The notes under the pieces were generated by a model. It made no database searches. It saw only the letters and a program-made list of their open reading frames with translations, and was not told the origin of the DNA. A stretch of 64,000 nucleotides of DNA from Minisyncoccota bacterium (lineage in GTDB: Bacteria; Patescibacteriota; Minisyncoccia; Phycocordibacterales; JBAYLF01), in the NCBI GenBank assembly GCA_041664205.1, contig JBAYLF010000001.1:3380-67379 (forward strand). The letters are read 5' to 3'. The translations under genes and the position numbers were made by a program. Below, one piece after another: positions 50,360 to 60,021 of this stretch. The first letter of the stretch is position 1. Each line of letters opens with the position of its first letter.

Positions 50360-51046
50360 TTATGCAGGAACTGACTCTCCTAAAACTGCACAAATCTCAG
50401 CAAACAATCTGCTGACCTTACCATCAAAATCAGTGCTATTATCTATCACTCTGAGATAGTGATGATCTTGCCAAGCGTCAAGAGTTCTTTGATCGAGTTT
50501 CCGGACCATTTTCAATCCTGCTTCAGTCTCAATTGTTTCTTTCCTCGCTGGATTGTTGGCATTAGTATAATGTTTTACAGCTCCTTTAGCTGGAGTAACT
50601 AAATGCATTACAGCATGATATCTAAGAGAGCATATTTCAAACCTACTAAAACCAAAACGTTTAATAATGGAGCTAAATAACCTTCTTCCTACATAAGCTT
50701 CATTATCCATCATTCCGCGATCACATAAAACCACAACTTTGTGACCTTTATCGCGTAATCTCATAGCAGAACTCAGAAATCTTTGTTCCTGGGTGAGAAT
50801 ACAAGGAAGAACTTCTTCCTGAAACTCAACGACGTTTAAATCATTTTCCCCTATTTTTACCCCACCATTCTGAAGTATAGTTGCACATTCAGGATTAATT
50901 AATACTTTGTATCCAAGATCTGAAAGTAATGGTTTCAGCCTGATAGCACTCTCGGTTTTACCACCGCAAGGACCACCAGTTAAAACAATAACCCAGATAT
51001 CATTACCAATTTGTTTTAGATCGAGTAAATTTAAGTTTAGTTTCAT
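50360..51046 (-). CDS. P-loop NTPase, AAA_28 (NadR C-terminal-like kinase) family
   Basis: VIVLTGGPCGGKTE Walker A. Confidence 0.5.
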   Translation of the reverse strand: MKLNLNLLDLKQIGNDIWVIVLTGGPCGGKTESAIRLKPLLSDLGYKVLINPECATILQNGGVKIGENDLNVVEFQEEVLPCILTQEQRFLSSAMRLRDKGHKVVVLCDRGMMDNEAYVGRRLFSSIIKRFGFSRFEICSLRYHAVMHLVTPAKGAVKHYTNANNPARKETIETEAGLKMVRKLDQRTLDAWQDHHYLRVIDNSTDFDGKVSRLFAEICAVLGESVPA

Positions 51047-51154
51047 TTATTGCTTTTTTCTGCGTATACTCTAACCTATTTTCAATTATTAGCAATACTT
51101 TAATAACAAAAAACACCGGGGGCTAAGCCTTCGGTGTTTTTAATTTTTTTATTA

Positions 51155-51349
51155 TTATCTTGAGATGTAAGGAAGTAATCCTAAAAATCTTGCGCGCTTG
51201 ATAGCTAAAGAAATTTTTCTCTGGTTCTTTGCGCCTGTGCTAGTTTTGCGCTTAGACATTATTCTAGCATTAGGATTTATAAAATGCTTAAGCATTTCAG
51301 TATCCTTATAGTCTACGTATATTAAATTGTTTAAATCTTGTTTCATCAT
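51155..51349 (-). CDS. rpsR: 30S ribosomal protein S18
   Basis: [29 protein letters not shown]. Confidence 0.8.
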   Translation of the reverse strand: MMKQDLNNLIYVDYKDTEMLKHFINPNARIMSKRKTSTGAKNQRKISLAIKRARFLGLLPYISR

Positions 51350-51373
51350 ATTGTTAAATTAATATCATTTTTA

Positions 51374-51832
51374 TTAAAATGGAATATCTTCTGGATTAAT
51401 CTCTTCTTGCGGATATTCTATCGAATCTAATTCTTCTTTTTTACCTGCTGGTGCATCATGTGATGGTTGGCTCTGATATGATCCGCCACCCATTCCGCTT
51501 CCGCCAGCCTTTGGACCAAACTGAACTCTGTCGGCAACAATTTCTGTTCGATATTTTTTCTGTCCATCTTGTCCGTCCCAGCTTCGTGTTTGCATTCTAC
51601 CTTCAACAAAAACTGGTGAACCTTTTCTTAAATACTTTGCAACGTTTTCTGCTTGAATTCCAAAAACAACTACGTTATGAAAATCTGCTGATTCTTGTTT
51701 TGCTCCATTTCGGTCTTTGAAAACTCGATTAGTAGCGACGCTAAACGAAGCTACATGAGAACCTGAAGGAATGGCTCGGAGTTCCGGGTCTCGTGTTAAA
51801 TTTCCATAAATTAAAGCTTTGTTTATATACAT
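51374..51832 (-). CDS. ssb: Single-stranded DNA-binding protein
   Basis: OB-fold N-terminus, Gly-rich linker, C-terminal acidic DIPF tip. Confidence 0.85.
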   Translation of the reverse strand: MYINKALIYGNLTRDPELRAIPSGSHVASFSVATNRVFKDRNGAKQESADFHNVVVFGIQAENVAKYLRKGSPVFVEGRMQTRSWDGQDGQKKYRTEIVADRVQFGPKAGGSGMGGGSYQSQPSHDAPAGKKEELDSIEYPQEEINPEDIPF

Positions 51833-51843
51833 GAAATATAAAA

Positions 51844-52353
51844 CTAATTTATCACTAAATCTTCAATAGCTTTATCAACCTCTTCGTCAGATACTACTAC
51901 TGAAACTTGTGGTTTTTCTTCTTTCTCCTTTTCTTTCTTAACTCTTGGACTTTCTATTACATTAAATATTGGTCTGTGAATTTGAACAGGAACATCTTTT
52001 ACAGAATTTATAAGGATAAATCTAAGAATATTTTCGTTATTTTTAAGAACTTTATCTATTTTGGAAATTGCATCTGCTTCTGCATTGAACTTTAACCAAC
52101 CAAAATATGCTTCTTTAAAAGCAACTTTTTTACCAATAGTAGACTTGTAAATGGTATAAGCTAAAGGTCGCATCTTTGGAAATTCATCAGCAAAAATCTG
52201 ACCTTTGTTGTCTTCAACGGCTGATTTTATCTTAGTTACTTCTTCTCCTACTCGGTCTTCACCGATATTCGAAAGCAATAAATAGCCGATCTCGTAAATC
52301 TTAATACCTTCCTCTTTTTCTGTTTTTTCTACGCTTTTTACTTCATCTGTCAT
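51844..52353 (-). CDS. rpsF: 30S ribosomal protein S6 (with an acidic/Lys-rich C-terminal extension)
   Basis: Position in the rpsF-ssb-rpsR operon; S6-like N-terminal 100 aa. Confidence 0.65.
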   Translation of the reverse strand: MTDEVKSVEKTEKEEGIKIYEIGYLLLSNIGEDRVGEEVTKIKSAVEDNKGQIFADEFPKMRPLAYTIYKSTIGKKVAFKEAYFGWLKFNAEADAISKIDKVLKNNENILRFILINSVKDVPVQIHRPIFNVIESPRVKKEKEKEEKPQVSVVVSDEEVDKAIEDLVIN

Positions 52354-52465
52354 AGTGTTTAACAGATTAACATAATCGTTTTATTCATGCAACATCTTTA
52401 ATTTTTATATAAAAAACGCACTGTGCCAAAGCAAAGTGCGTTTTAAAGGATTAAAGAAGATTTAA

Positions 52466-52951
52466 TCATTCAGATGTTTCGTCTTTTATAACAACCGAAG
52501 CTTCTGGTCCTGTTTTAGACACCAAATAATCATAACTAAAATCCTCTAATATAGGGCATATTAATCCCCAAGACCACCACGGTCCTGTCCTAAAAGACAA
52601 ATACGGCACATAATCTGGTGGTTTACTTAAACAATCTGGTGGCCTGCTTTTTCTGTAGCAAGTTCCCCAAAATAAAACTCTTTTATATTCTTTCAAATAG
52701 TCTGGAATCTGTTCCGGATTACACAGCAAATGATTAAAAATATTCGCATTAGCATCTCTATTGAGTTGCAGTTGCTCTTGTTTTATATTTCCACGAAGAC
52801 CAATTCGACTTTTCCAATGACCTTCTTGAGTCTCTAAAGACAACTTCTTTGGATCCCATACAAATCTGCCCAGCTTTATATGGAAGTGAAGCATGTATCC
52901 TTGAGGCACAGGCGGATTAATATCACAATCAATAATGATTTTTTCTTTCAT
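52466..52951 (-). CDS. Hypothetical protein (Trp/Pro-rich, no recognisable motif)
   Basis: ORF only. Confidence 0.3.
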   Translation of the reverse strand: MKEKIIIDCDINPPVPQGYMLHFHIKLGRFVWDPKKLSLETQEGHWKSRIGLRGNIKQEQLQLNRDANANIFNHLLCNPEQIPDYLKEYKRVLFWGTCYRKSRPPDCLSKPPDYVPYLSFRTGPWWSWGLICPILEDFSYDYLVSKTGPEASVVIKDETSE

Positions 52952-52991
52952 TGTCGTAACAAGTGTTTCTTTCTTCAGTGTGCCAAATTTA

Positions 52992-53810
52992 CTATTTTAA
53001 ATCAAATACTCTAAAAGCATTCTCAACTAATTGCTTTTTAACCTTCTCCAAATCTTCGCCTTTTATTTCTGCAATTTTCTTAACAACTTCCTGCACATAA
53101 AGCGGTTCGTTTCGTTTGCCGCGAAATGGCGAGGGTGCTACATAAGGGCTGTCTGTCTCGGACAACATCATATTAAGCGGAGTATTTTTTATAACCTCGT
53201 CATAATTTCTTGCGAATGTAATTACTCCTGTAAAAGAAATTGTAAATCCAAGATCCAAAAACATTTTGGCTTCTTCCCAACTACCAGCAAAAAAATGCAC
53301 GTCACCTTTCACTTTGGCATATGATTTTAAAATTTCATAAGCATCTTTGTAGGCTTCTCTTATATGAAGCATCAACGGCTTGCCTACTTCATTTGCAACT
53401 TCAATGCTTTTTATAAAAGCTTCTTTTTGTTTTTTAAGTGATTCGCCTTCCGCATGAAAATAATCAAGACCGCATTCGCCCAAAGCAACGACTTTTGGAT
53501 TTTTTAGTAAGTCTAGATAATAATTATGATCAAATTCTTCTCCGCGCGAAGTGAATGCTTTTCCTCCTTCGCCTAATTCGCTTTCATCAAAATGGGATTT
53601 ATCTGTGTGTATCGGATGAAGTCCAACAATCGCATAAACTCCTTTTTCATATTTTTCCGCGAGTTCTACAGCAGACTTAGAAGTATCTTTCTGCGTTCCA
53701 ACATTTATCATCCATGTATTACTATCTGATGCGCGTTTAATAACCGCATCACGATCCTCATCAAATGCGGAAAAATTCACATGGGTATGGCAATCTATAA
53801 ATTCAGGCAT
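52992..53810 (-). CDS. tatD: TatD-family metal-dependent hydrolase/DNase
   Basis: IDCHTHVNF and downstream His/Glu/Asp ligands. Confidence 0.8.
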   Translation of the reverse strand: MPEFIDCHTHVNFSAFDEDRDAVIKRASDSNTWMINVGTQKDTSKSAVELAEKYEKGVYAIVGLHPIHTDKSHFDESELGEGGKAFTSRGEEFDHNYYLDLLKNPKVVALGECGLDYFHAEGESLKKQKEAFIKSIEVANEVGKPLMLHIREAYKDAYEILKSYAKVKGDVHFFAGSWEEAKMFLDLGFTISFTGVITFARNYDEVIKNTPLNMMLSETDSPYVAPSPFRGKRNEPLYVQEVVKKIAEIKGEDLEKVKKQLVENAFRVFDLK

Positions 53811-53878
53811 AAATAAAATTTGAGTTTGACTTAATTATTTCAATTGTATATCTTAAGCCTCAGAAAGAAAAGTTTAAT

Positions 53879-54334
53879 ATGAATGCAAACGAATTAGTTG
53901 ATAGAGCAATATGTTATCTTGAATACCCAGCCGTTAAATATACCGATCCTTCAAAAGGAAGCGATAAAAGCGGTTTTGATTGTTCGGGTTTTGTTCTTTT
54001 TTTACTTAGAGAATTAAACTTTCCTGTTCCACAAGAAATACGTCATGTAAATGAATTTTATAACTCATTCGGCATTCACATTCATGATGAAGCAAGAATG
54101 TCCGGAGATTTAATTTTTTGGAGCAGAAAAGGCACAATACCAACTCATATAGGAATTTTGGTTAATGATACTTATTACATACATTCGCCAGGAAAAACAG
54201 GAAGATTCGTTTCAATTGAAGAAATAAAATATGAACCAATTATTTCAAAAGCCGAACCAAAAATTTACTTTAAAAATCCTATTGGCTTCAAACGTCTCGG
54301 GGTAAAAGATGGAAGATATTTAAGGTTAATTTAA
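53879..54334 (+). CDS. NlpC/P60 (C40) family cell-wall peptidase
   Basis: DCSGFV catalytic Cys, HIGIL His. Confidence 0.7.
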   Translation: MNANELVDRAICYLEYPAVKYTDPSKGSDKSGFDCSGFVLFLLRELNFPVPQEIRHVNEFYNSFGIHIHDEARMSGDLIFWSRKGTIPTHIGILVNDTYYIHSPGKTGRFVSIEEIKYEPIISKAEPKIYFKNPIGFKRLGVKDGRYLRLI

Positions 54335-54419
54335 TGATCAATTACCAAAAGACCAGCAAATTGCTGGTCTTTTTTTTATAAGTCGTTTTTATTCACGATC
54401 AACAAGACAAACTCTAACG

Positions 54420-54492
54420 CTGTCATTCCCGCGAAGGCGGGAATCTAGTCTTAGTCTTAATTCTCTGGATTCCCGCCTTCGCGGGAATGACA
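54420..54492. repeat. Family-1 palindromic element, copy D (loops GCGAAGGC / GCCTTCGC)
   Basis: ctgtcattcccgcgaaggcgggaatctagtcttagtcttaattctctggattcccgccttcgcgggaatgaca. Confidence 0.6.
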
Positions 54493-54501
54493 AAAATAAA
54501 C

Positions 54502-55935
54502 TTAAATTTTTCTCAAAAACAACGGCTGCTCTGGAGATTTATTTTCTTTAATAAGTCTTTTAATTTCTAAAGATGTTTTAGGCATAAAAGGCTCCAAACC
54601 TTGAGCCACAATATAAAGTTCTTTAACAAATTGTTCTATCATTTCTTTTCCTTTTTGCTTATCTTCCTTAACCAGCTTAAACGGCTTGCCTATCTGAATA
54701 TCAGAATCAATGCTTTTTATATACTCCCAAACATCATCAATAGCTTTTTGAATATCAAACATATCAAATCTAGAACTGTAACTTATCTTCGGATAAATTT
54801 TTGCTTCTTCTATTAAAACAGGTGCATCAAGATTTGTTTCTGCCATTTTCATTATTCTTGAGACTAAGTTTCCCAAACCATTTGCCAAATTTGCGTTATA
54901 AGCATCCTTGAAAGATTCTTTGGTCATATCGCCGTCTTCTGTAGTGGAAATTTCACGCGCTAAAAAATATCGCATCGATTCTGCACCATATTCATTCATA
55001 AGCTCATACGGATCTATTACATTTCCTAAAGTCTTCGACATTTTTCTTCCGCCAGAAGTTATCATTCCGTGAACAAAAATTTTCTTCGGCAATTCCAAAC
55101 CTGCAGAATGAAGCATCGCAGGCCAAAATACTGCATGAAAACGCAAAATATCTTTGCCTATTACATGATAATCCGCCGGCCAAAATTTCTTAAAAGTTTC
55201 TTCGTCTCTTCCGTATCCAATAGCTGAAATATAATTTGAAAGAGCATCGCACCAGACATACATTACTTGCGAAGGATCATTAGGAATTGGAATTCCCCAC
55301 GACTCGCCTTTTACCGCGCGGGAAAAACTTACGTCTTCAAGTGGTTCACTAAGAAAAGACAGGACTTCTTTCTTTCTAGTGGCAGGCTCAATTGAAAGTT
55401 CGTCACTATTTATTTTTTCCTTAAGAAAATCCTGGTATTTAGAAAGTTTGAAAAAATAATTTTCTTCTTCTATCTCTTCCGGTATGAGATTGTGGAGCGG
55501 ACATTTACCGTTAACGAGTTCTTTTTCTTTTTTAAATTCCTCGCATCCTGGACAATAAAGCCCTTTGTATTTCTTTTTATAAATATCTCCAGACTCAACA
55601 AGTTTATTCCATAACATAATAGCTCCAGGCCAATGAATTTCTTTGTCGGAAGTTCTAATGAATTGATCGTATGAAATATCAAGATCTTTAAAAAGTCGTT
55701 TAAAATTATCTACTACCATGTCTGTAAATTGCAGAGGAGTTTTTCCAGCTTCAGTTGCAGCTTTAACTACTTTAATTGTATTTTCATCAGAGCCGGTAAG
55801 AAAATGAACATCTTTACCTTGTAGACGATTGAAACGAGCCACAATATCACAGATCGTAATAGTGTAAGCATGACCCATGTGTAGGTTTGCATTTGGATAA
55901 AATATTGGAGTTGTTATATAAAATTTATTTGCCAT
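54502..55935 (-). CDS. metG: Methionyl-tRNA synthetase
   Basis: HMGHAY (HIGH) and KMSKT motifs. Confidence 0.9.
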   Translation of the reverse strand: MANKFYITTPIFYPNANLHMGHAYTITICDIVARFNRLQGKDVHFLTGSDENTIKVVKAATEAGKTPLQFTDMVVDNFKRLFKDLDISYDQFIRTSDKEIHWPGAIMLWNKLVESGDIYKKKYKGLYCPGCEEFKKEKELVNGKCPLHNLIPEEIEEENYFFKLSKYQDFLKEKINSDELSIEPATRKKEVLSFLSEPLEDVSFSRAVKGESWGIPIPNDPSQVMYVWCDALSNYISAIGYGRDEETFKKFWPADYHVIGKDILRFHAVFWPAMLHSAGLELPKKIFVHGMITSGGRKMSKTLGNVIDPYELMNEYGAESMRYFLAREISTTEDGDMTKESFKDAYNANLANGLGNLVSRIMKMAETNLDAPVLIEEAKIYPKISYSSRFDMFDIQKAIDDVWEYIKSIDSDIQIGKPFKLVKEDKQKGKEMIEQFVKELYIVAQGLEPFMPKTSLEIKRLIKENKSPEQPLFLRKI

Positions 55936-55989
55936 ATTTAAAAAAATAAAAAAATCTAATTTCGTTATTGTTATTTAACTCATTAACAC

Positions 55990-57051
55990 CTACACGATTG
56001 TGCTCATTTTTTCTATTTCGGATATTTTATTCTTTTCCATGTCGGTATAAAGTTCCATAAAAACAGCAGCCAACGGCACTGAAAGAATGGCACCAAAAAG
56101 TCCTGCGAGTTGCGCTCCTGCAACAATCGCAACTATTACTAAAAGCGCGGGAACACCAACAATTTTTTTAACAACTAATGGGTAAATTAACTGACTTTCA
56201 AACTGCTGAACTATTGTATAAAGACCTGCTACAAGAAGTCCCATTGTGATTCCTCCCGAAGAAAGCCCAACAGCGATTGATGGTATCGATCCGATTATCG
56301 GTCCGAAGATCGGAATCAATTCAAAAATTGCAGCAATCACTGCGAGAAGTAATGCATGCTCAACTCCTAATACTGAAAGTCCTAAATATACTAATATACC
56401 GATAATAAGACCGAGTAATAATTGACCTTGAAGCCAAAACCCTATCTTAATTTGTGAACGCTTCCAAAGACTTATTATATATTTTTCGTGTTTCAAAGGA
56501 GTAATAACACGCAAAAAATTAGCAACTCCTTCTTCTTGAACTGCAAGATAAAAAGAAAATACAAACACAAGTAAAAGGTTTAAGATGCCACCAAAAATTA
56601 CAGCGACCAAACTCGATGCGCCAGAAGTAAAACCCATAAGAGAACTACTCGCACTTGAAATTATATCTTGAATAGAAATAAATTGATTTATACCCCCAGT
56701 ATTGATACCTAATGGATTAACAAGCTTTAGCGACTGAGCATATTCTGGAATTTTATTTAATGCTTCAACAATCTGATTGATAAGTGGTGGAATAACAAAG
56801 AAAACAACAACTCCTAAAATAATTGCTGTAAAGGCGTAAATTAAAATTACCGCGAGCGTTCTTGGGATTTTTCGATTCATCAGCCATTTAGTTCCAGGTT
56901 CTATTGCTGAAGCGATAACAATAGCCATTAAAACAACCAAAACAAGATCACGGACAAGATACAGAAAATAAACAACGGCTAAAACCACGAGACACTTAAC
57001 TATTGTCCCAACAGTTACTGATATATGGAGTTCTTTTTCTTCTCTATTCAT
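55990..57051 (-). CDS. AI-2E family transporter (UPF0118 membrane protein)
   Basis: 8-TM topology and family-typical length. Confidence 0.7.
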   Translation of the reverse strand: MNREEKELHISVTVGTIVKCLVVLAVVYFLYLVRDLVLVVLMAIVIASAIEPGTKWLMNRKIPRTLAVILIYAFTAIILGVVVFFVIPPLINQIVEALNKIPEYAQSLKLVNPLGINTGGINQFISIQDIISSASSSLMGFTSGASSLVAVIFGGILNLLLVFVFSFYLAVQEEGVANFLRVITPLKHEKYIISLWKRSQIKIGFWLQGQLLLGLIIGILVYLGLSVLGVEHALLLAVIAAIFELIPIFGPIIGSIPSIAVGLSSGGITMGLLVAGLYTIVQQFESQLIYPLVVKKIVGVPALLVIVAIVAGAQLAGLFGAILSVPLAAVFMELYTDMEKNKISEIEKMSTIV

Positions 57052-57128
57052 CTTTAATCATTCAAATTAGTAATTCGTATATTCGTATAATATCACTTTA
57101 GAGCCTGTTTACAATATTTATACTTATT

Positions 57129-57202
57129 CTGTCATTCCCGCGCAGGCGGGAATCTAGTCTTAGTCTTAATTCTCTGGATTCCCGCCTGCGCGGGAATGAC
57201 AG
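57129..57202. repeat. Family-1 palindromic element, copy E (loops GCGCAGGC / GCCTGCGC). Otherwise identical to copy D including the 24-bp spacer
   Basis: ctgtcattcccgcgcaggcgggaatctagtcttagtcttaattctctggattcccgcctgcgcgggaatgacag. Confidence 0.6.
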
Positions 57203-57221
57203 AATTTTTATGTGAATAAAT

Positions 57222-58490
57222 TTATATATTTAGAATTTTTAAAAAATGATCTTCGTCATTAAAAGGACCGATAATTGCTACGTTGAGCAAATCATTTCTA
57301 AACAGATCATTCGCCACCTTTTGTATATATTCAGCTGTAATATTTTTAAACTGTTTTACAAATTCTTCAGGTGTAATCAGATCTTTTTTCAAAATTTCTC
57401 TACTGCCATAAAAATTAGCTAAAGCTCCGGGCGTTTCCATATACAAAAGAAAACTATCAATATATCCGCTAATCTTATCAAGTTCTTCTTTTGAAAGAGG
57501 TTGATCTTTAATTTTTTTAACCTCTTCTAATATAACTTTTATAACTTCTTCGGTTCTAGATACATCAACACCGGCATAGATAGTAAAATTTCCATAATCA
57601 GTATAGTGAGCATTATGAACATTAAATTCATAACAAACGCCCATCTCTTCTCTAAGTTTTTGTCCCAATCTTGAACTCAATCCTCCGCCTAAAGCTTGGG
57701 ATATAACTTCAATTGCTGGCTGTCTTTCATCATGAGTTCCAAAAGATCTAAAACCTATAAGAAGATGTGCTTGCTCAGCATCTTTCATTTTTAAAATAAT
57801 TTTAGGAACAGTCTGGTCAATTTTTAACACAGCAGGCTTTTCTGGCTTGTTATTTTTTGGAATAAGCTTAAATTTTTCTTCTACTAAATTAGAAATATTA
57901 TTTTCATCAAAATTTCCTGCGACAACTACAATAGTCGCAGAAGAAACGTGATACATATCTCTATGCCTTACAAGATCAGAATTTTTTATTGATCCAACTG
58001 ATTGCTCTGTCCCTAAAATTCCCCGCCCTACAGACTGATCGCCATACATTAGAGAATTCAACATATCAAAAATTTCATCTGATGGTTTTTCTTCTTTCCT
58101 TTTAATTTCCTGAATCACAACTGATTTTTCTTTTTCAATTTCGGAAAGATCGAAATTTGAATTTAAATAAATATCAGATAATACATCCAGAGCTTTCTCT
58201 AAATGATTACCATGAGATCTTATGTAATAAGCCATACCATCTTCGCCTGTGTAAGCATTTATCTCACCACCTATTCCTTCGATCTCGCTTGTTATTGCAA
58301 AAGCTGATGGTCGCTTAGAAGTGCCTTTAAAATTAGAATGTTCCAAAAGATGAAATATGCCATTTTTCTCTTTCTCTTCATATGCACTGCCAGCATCAAG
58401 AAAAACAGACACAGCAACATTTGGAGTATCTTTCATAGGTATCGTAATTAAACGTATGCCGTTATTCAGTATTTTCTTTGTTACATTCAT
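57222..58490 (-). CDS. M16 (insulinase/pitrilysin) family zinc peptidase
   Basis: Inverted zinc motif HLLEH ... E. Confidence 0.75.
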   Translation of the reverse strand: MNVTKKILNNGIRLITIPMKDTPNVAVSVFLDAGSAYEEKEKNGIFHLLEHSNFKGTSKRPSAFAITSEIEGIGGEINAYTGEDGMAYYIRSHGNHLEKALDVLSDIYLNSNFDLSEIEKEKSVVIQEIKRKEEKPSDEIFDMLNSLMYGDQSVGRGILGTEQSVGSIKNSDLVRHRDMYHVSSATIVVVAGNFDENNISNLVEEKFKLIPKNNKPEKPAVLKIDQTVPKIILKMKDAEQAHLLIGFRSFGTHDERQPAIEVISQALGGGLSSRLGQKLREEMGVCYEFNVHNAHYTDYGNFTIYAGVDVSRTEEVIKVILEEVKKIKDQPLSKEELDKISGYIDSFLLYMETPGALANFYGSREILKKDLITPEEFVKQFKNITAEYIQKVANDLFRNDLLNVAIIGPFNDEDHFLKILNI

Positions 58491-58661
58491 CCTAGTAGTT
58501 AATAATTATTTGACTAATTGAATTTATCGTTTTTATATTTACCAGCACTAAATTGTGGCACTAGTTAATACTATTTAGTAAGGACTGTCAAACCAAAAAA
58601 CAAATCCCGAAATTTTGACAAAATCAAAATTTCGGGATTATATTTTAGACAACTTTTTTAA

Positions 58662-59975
58662 TTATTTCATTTTTCCAACAAGTTCAGAAATGTTTACTCT
58701 CTCCTGCTTTGCAGTATCTCTATCGCGAAGAGTGACTGTGTTATCTTCAAGAGTTTGAAAATCTACTGTTACGCAGAAAGGCGTTCCGATCTCATCTTGT
58801 CTTCGATATCTTTTGCCGATATTTCCATTATCATCAAACATTGCTTCAGGAATTTCTTTTCGAATCATTCCAAAAACTTCTCTCGCCTTTTCTACCAACT
58901 CCGGCTTATTTTTCAACAAAGGAAAAACCGCAACTTTAACTGGTGCAACATTTGGAGAAAGTTTTAGAAATACTCTTTTTTCTCCGCCGATCTCGTCTTC
59001 GCAATAAGCATCAAGAAGAACAACTAGAACTGTTCTATCTACACCAAGCGATGGCTCTATACAATGTGGAATAAATCTTTCTTTGGTTTCTTCATTTAAG
59101 AAACTAAGATCGACTCCGCTGGCATTTGTGTGGCTCTTCAAGTCAAAATCTGTTCTGTATGCCAAACCATAAAGCTCTTTTAGGCCGAATGGGTAATCAA
59201 ATTCGAAATCAATAGTTCTCTTTGAATAGTGCGCCAATGAATCGCCAGAAACTTCGAGCTCGTGAACTTTGCTTCTATCAATTCCAACATCATCTATATA
59301 ATTCCACATTTCTTTTCGAAAATGTTCAAAACTCTCTTCCCATTTGGAAGGCTCAACAAAATATTCTATTTCCATCTGTTCAAATTCTCGCGAACGAAAA
59401 GTAAAATCTCTAGGAGCTATTTCATTTCTAAACGCTTTTCCTATCTGTGCCATTCCAAAAGGAAGTTTTGGGTGGAACGAGTCAACAACATTTTTAAAAT
59501 TAACGAACATTCCCTGCGCAGTCTCGGGACGTAAATAAGAAACTGATGATTCATTTTCATCAACTCCAACATGCGTTTTGAACATCATATTGAATTGCTT
59601 CGGTTCACTTAATTCACCTCCACAATCAGGACAAGATGAGGAATCATTTTCAAGTTGATCAGCTCTAAAGCGTCGTTTGCATTTTTTGCATTCAACTAAA
59701 GGGTCTGAAAAACCACCGACATGTCCTGAAGCTTTCCATACGTTTTGATTCATTAATATAGCCGCGTCAGTGCCATACATATCATCTCTGTCTGTCACAA
59801 ACCTCTTCCACCATAATTTTTTAATATTATTTTTTAAAGCGAGTCCGAGGTGAGCATAATCCCATGTTCCGGACATACCGCCATAAATTTCCGAGCCTTG
59901 ATATATAAAACCGCGTCGCTTACATAAAGAAGCGACTTTTTCCAAAGTGTCGTTACTTTCTGATTTATGATTCAT
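58662..59975 (-). CDS. glyQS: Glycine--tRNA ligase, homodimeric (archaeal/eukaryal-type)
   Basis: Class II motifs and Zn-finger-like insertion CKKCKRRF..C..C. Confidence 0.85.
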   Translation of the reverse strand: MNHKSESNDTLEKVASLCKRRGFIYQGSEIYGGMSGTWDYAHLGLALKNNIKKLWWKRFVTDRDDMYGTDAAILMNQNVWKASGHVGGFSDPLVECKKCKRRFRADQLENDSSSCPDCGGELSEPKQFNMMFKTHVGVDENESSVSYLRPETAQGMFVNFKNVVDSFHPKLPFGMAQIGKAFRNEIAPRDFTFRSREFEQMEIEYFVEPSKWEESFEHFRKEMWNYIDDVGIDRSKVHELEVSGDSLAHYSKRTIDFEFDYPFGLKELYGLAYRTDFDLKSHTNASGVDLSFLNEETKERFIPHCIEPSLGVDRTVLVVLLDAYCEDEIGGEKRVFLKLSPNVAPVKVAVFPLLKNKPELVEKAREVFGMIRKEIPEAMFDDNGNIGKRYRRQDEIGTPFCVTVDFQTLEDNTVTLRDRDTAKQERVNISELVGKMK

Positions 59976-60021
59976 AATTTTACAAAAACTTTATTTCAAT
60001 TTTTGAACTATATCAAAAATT

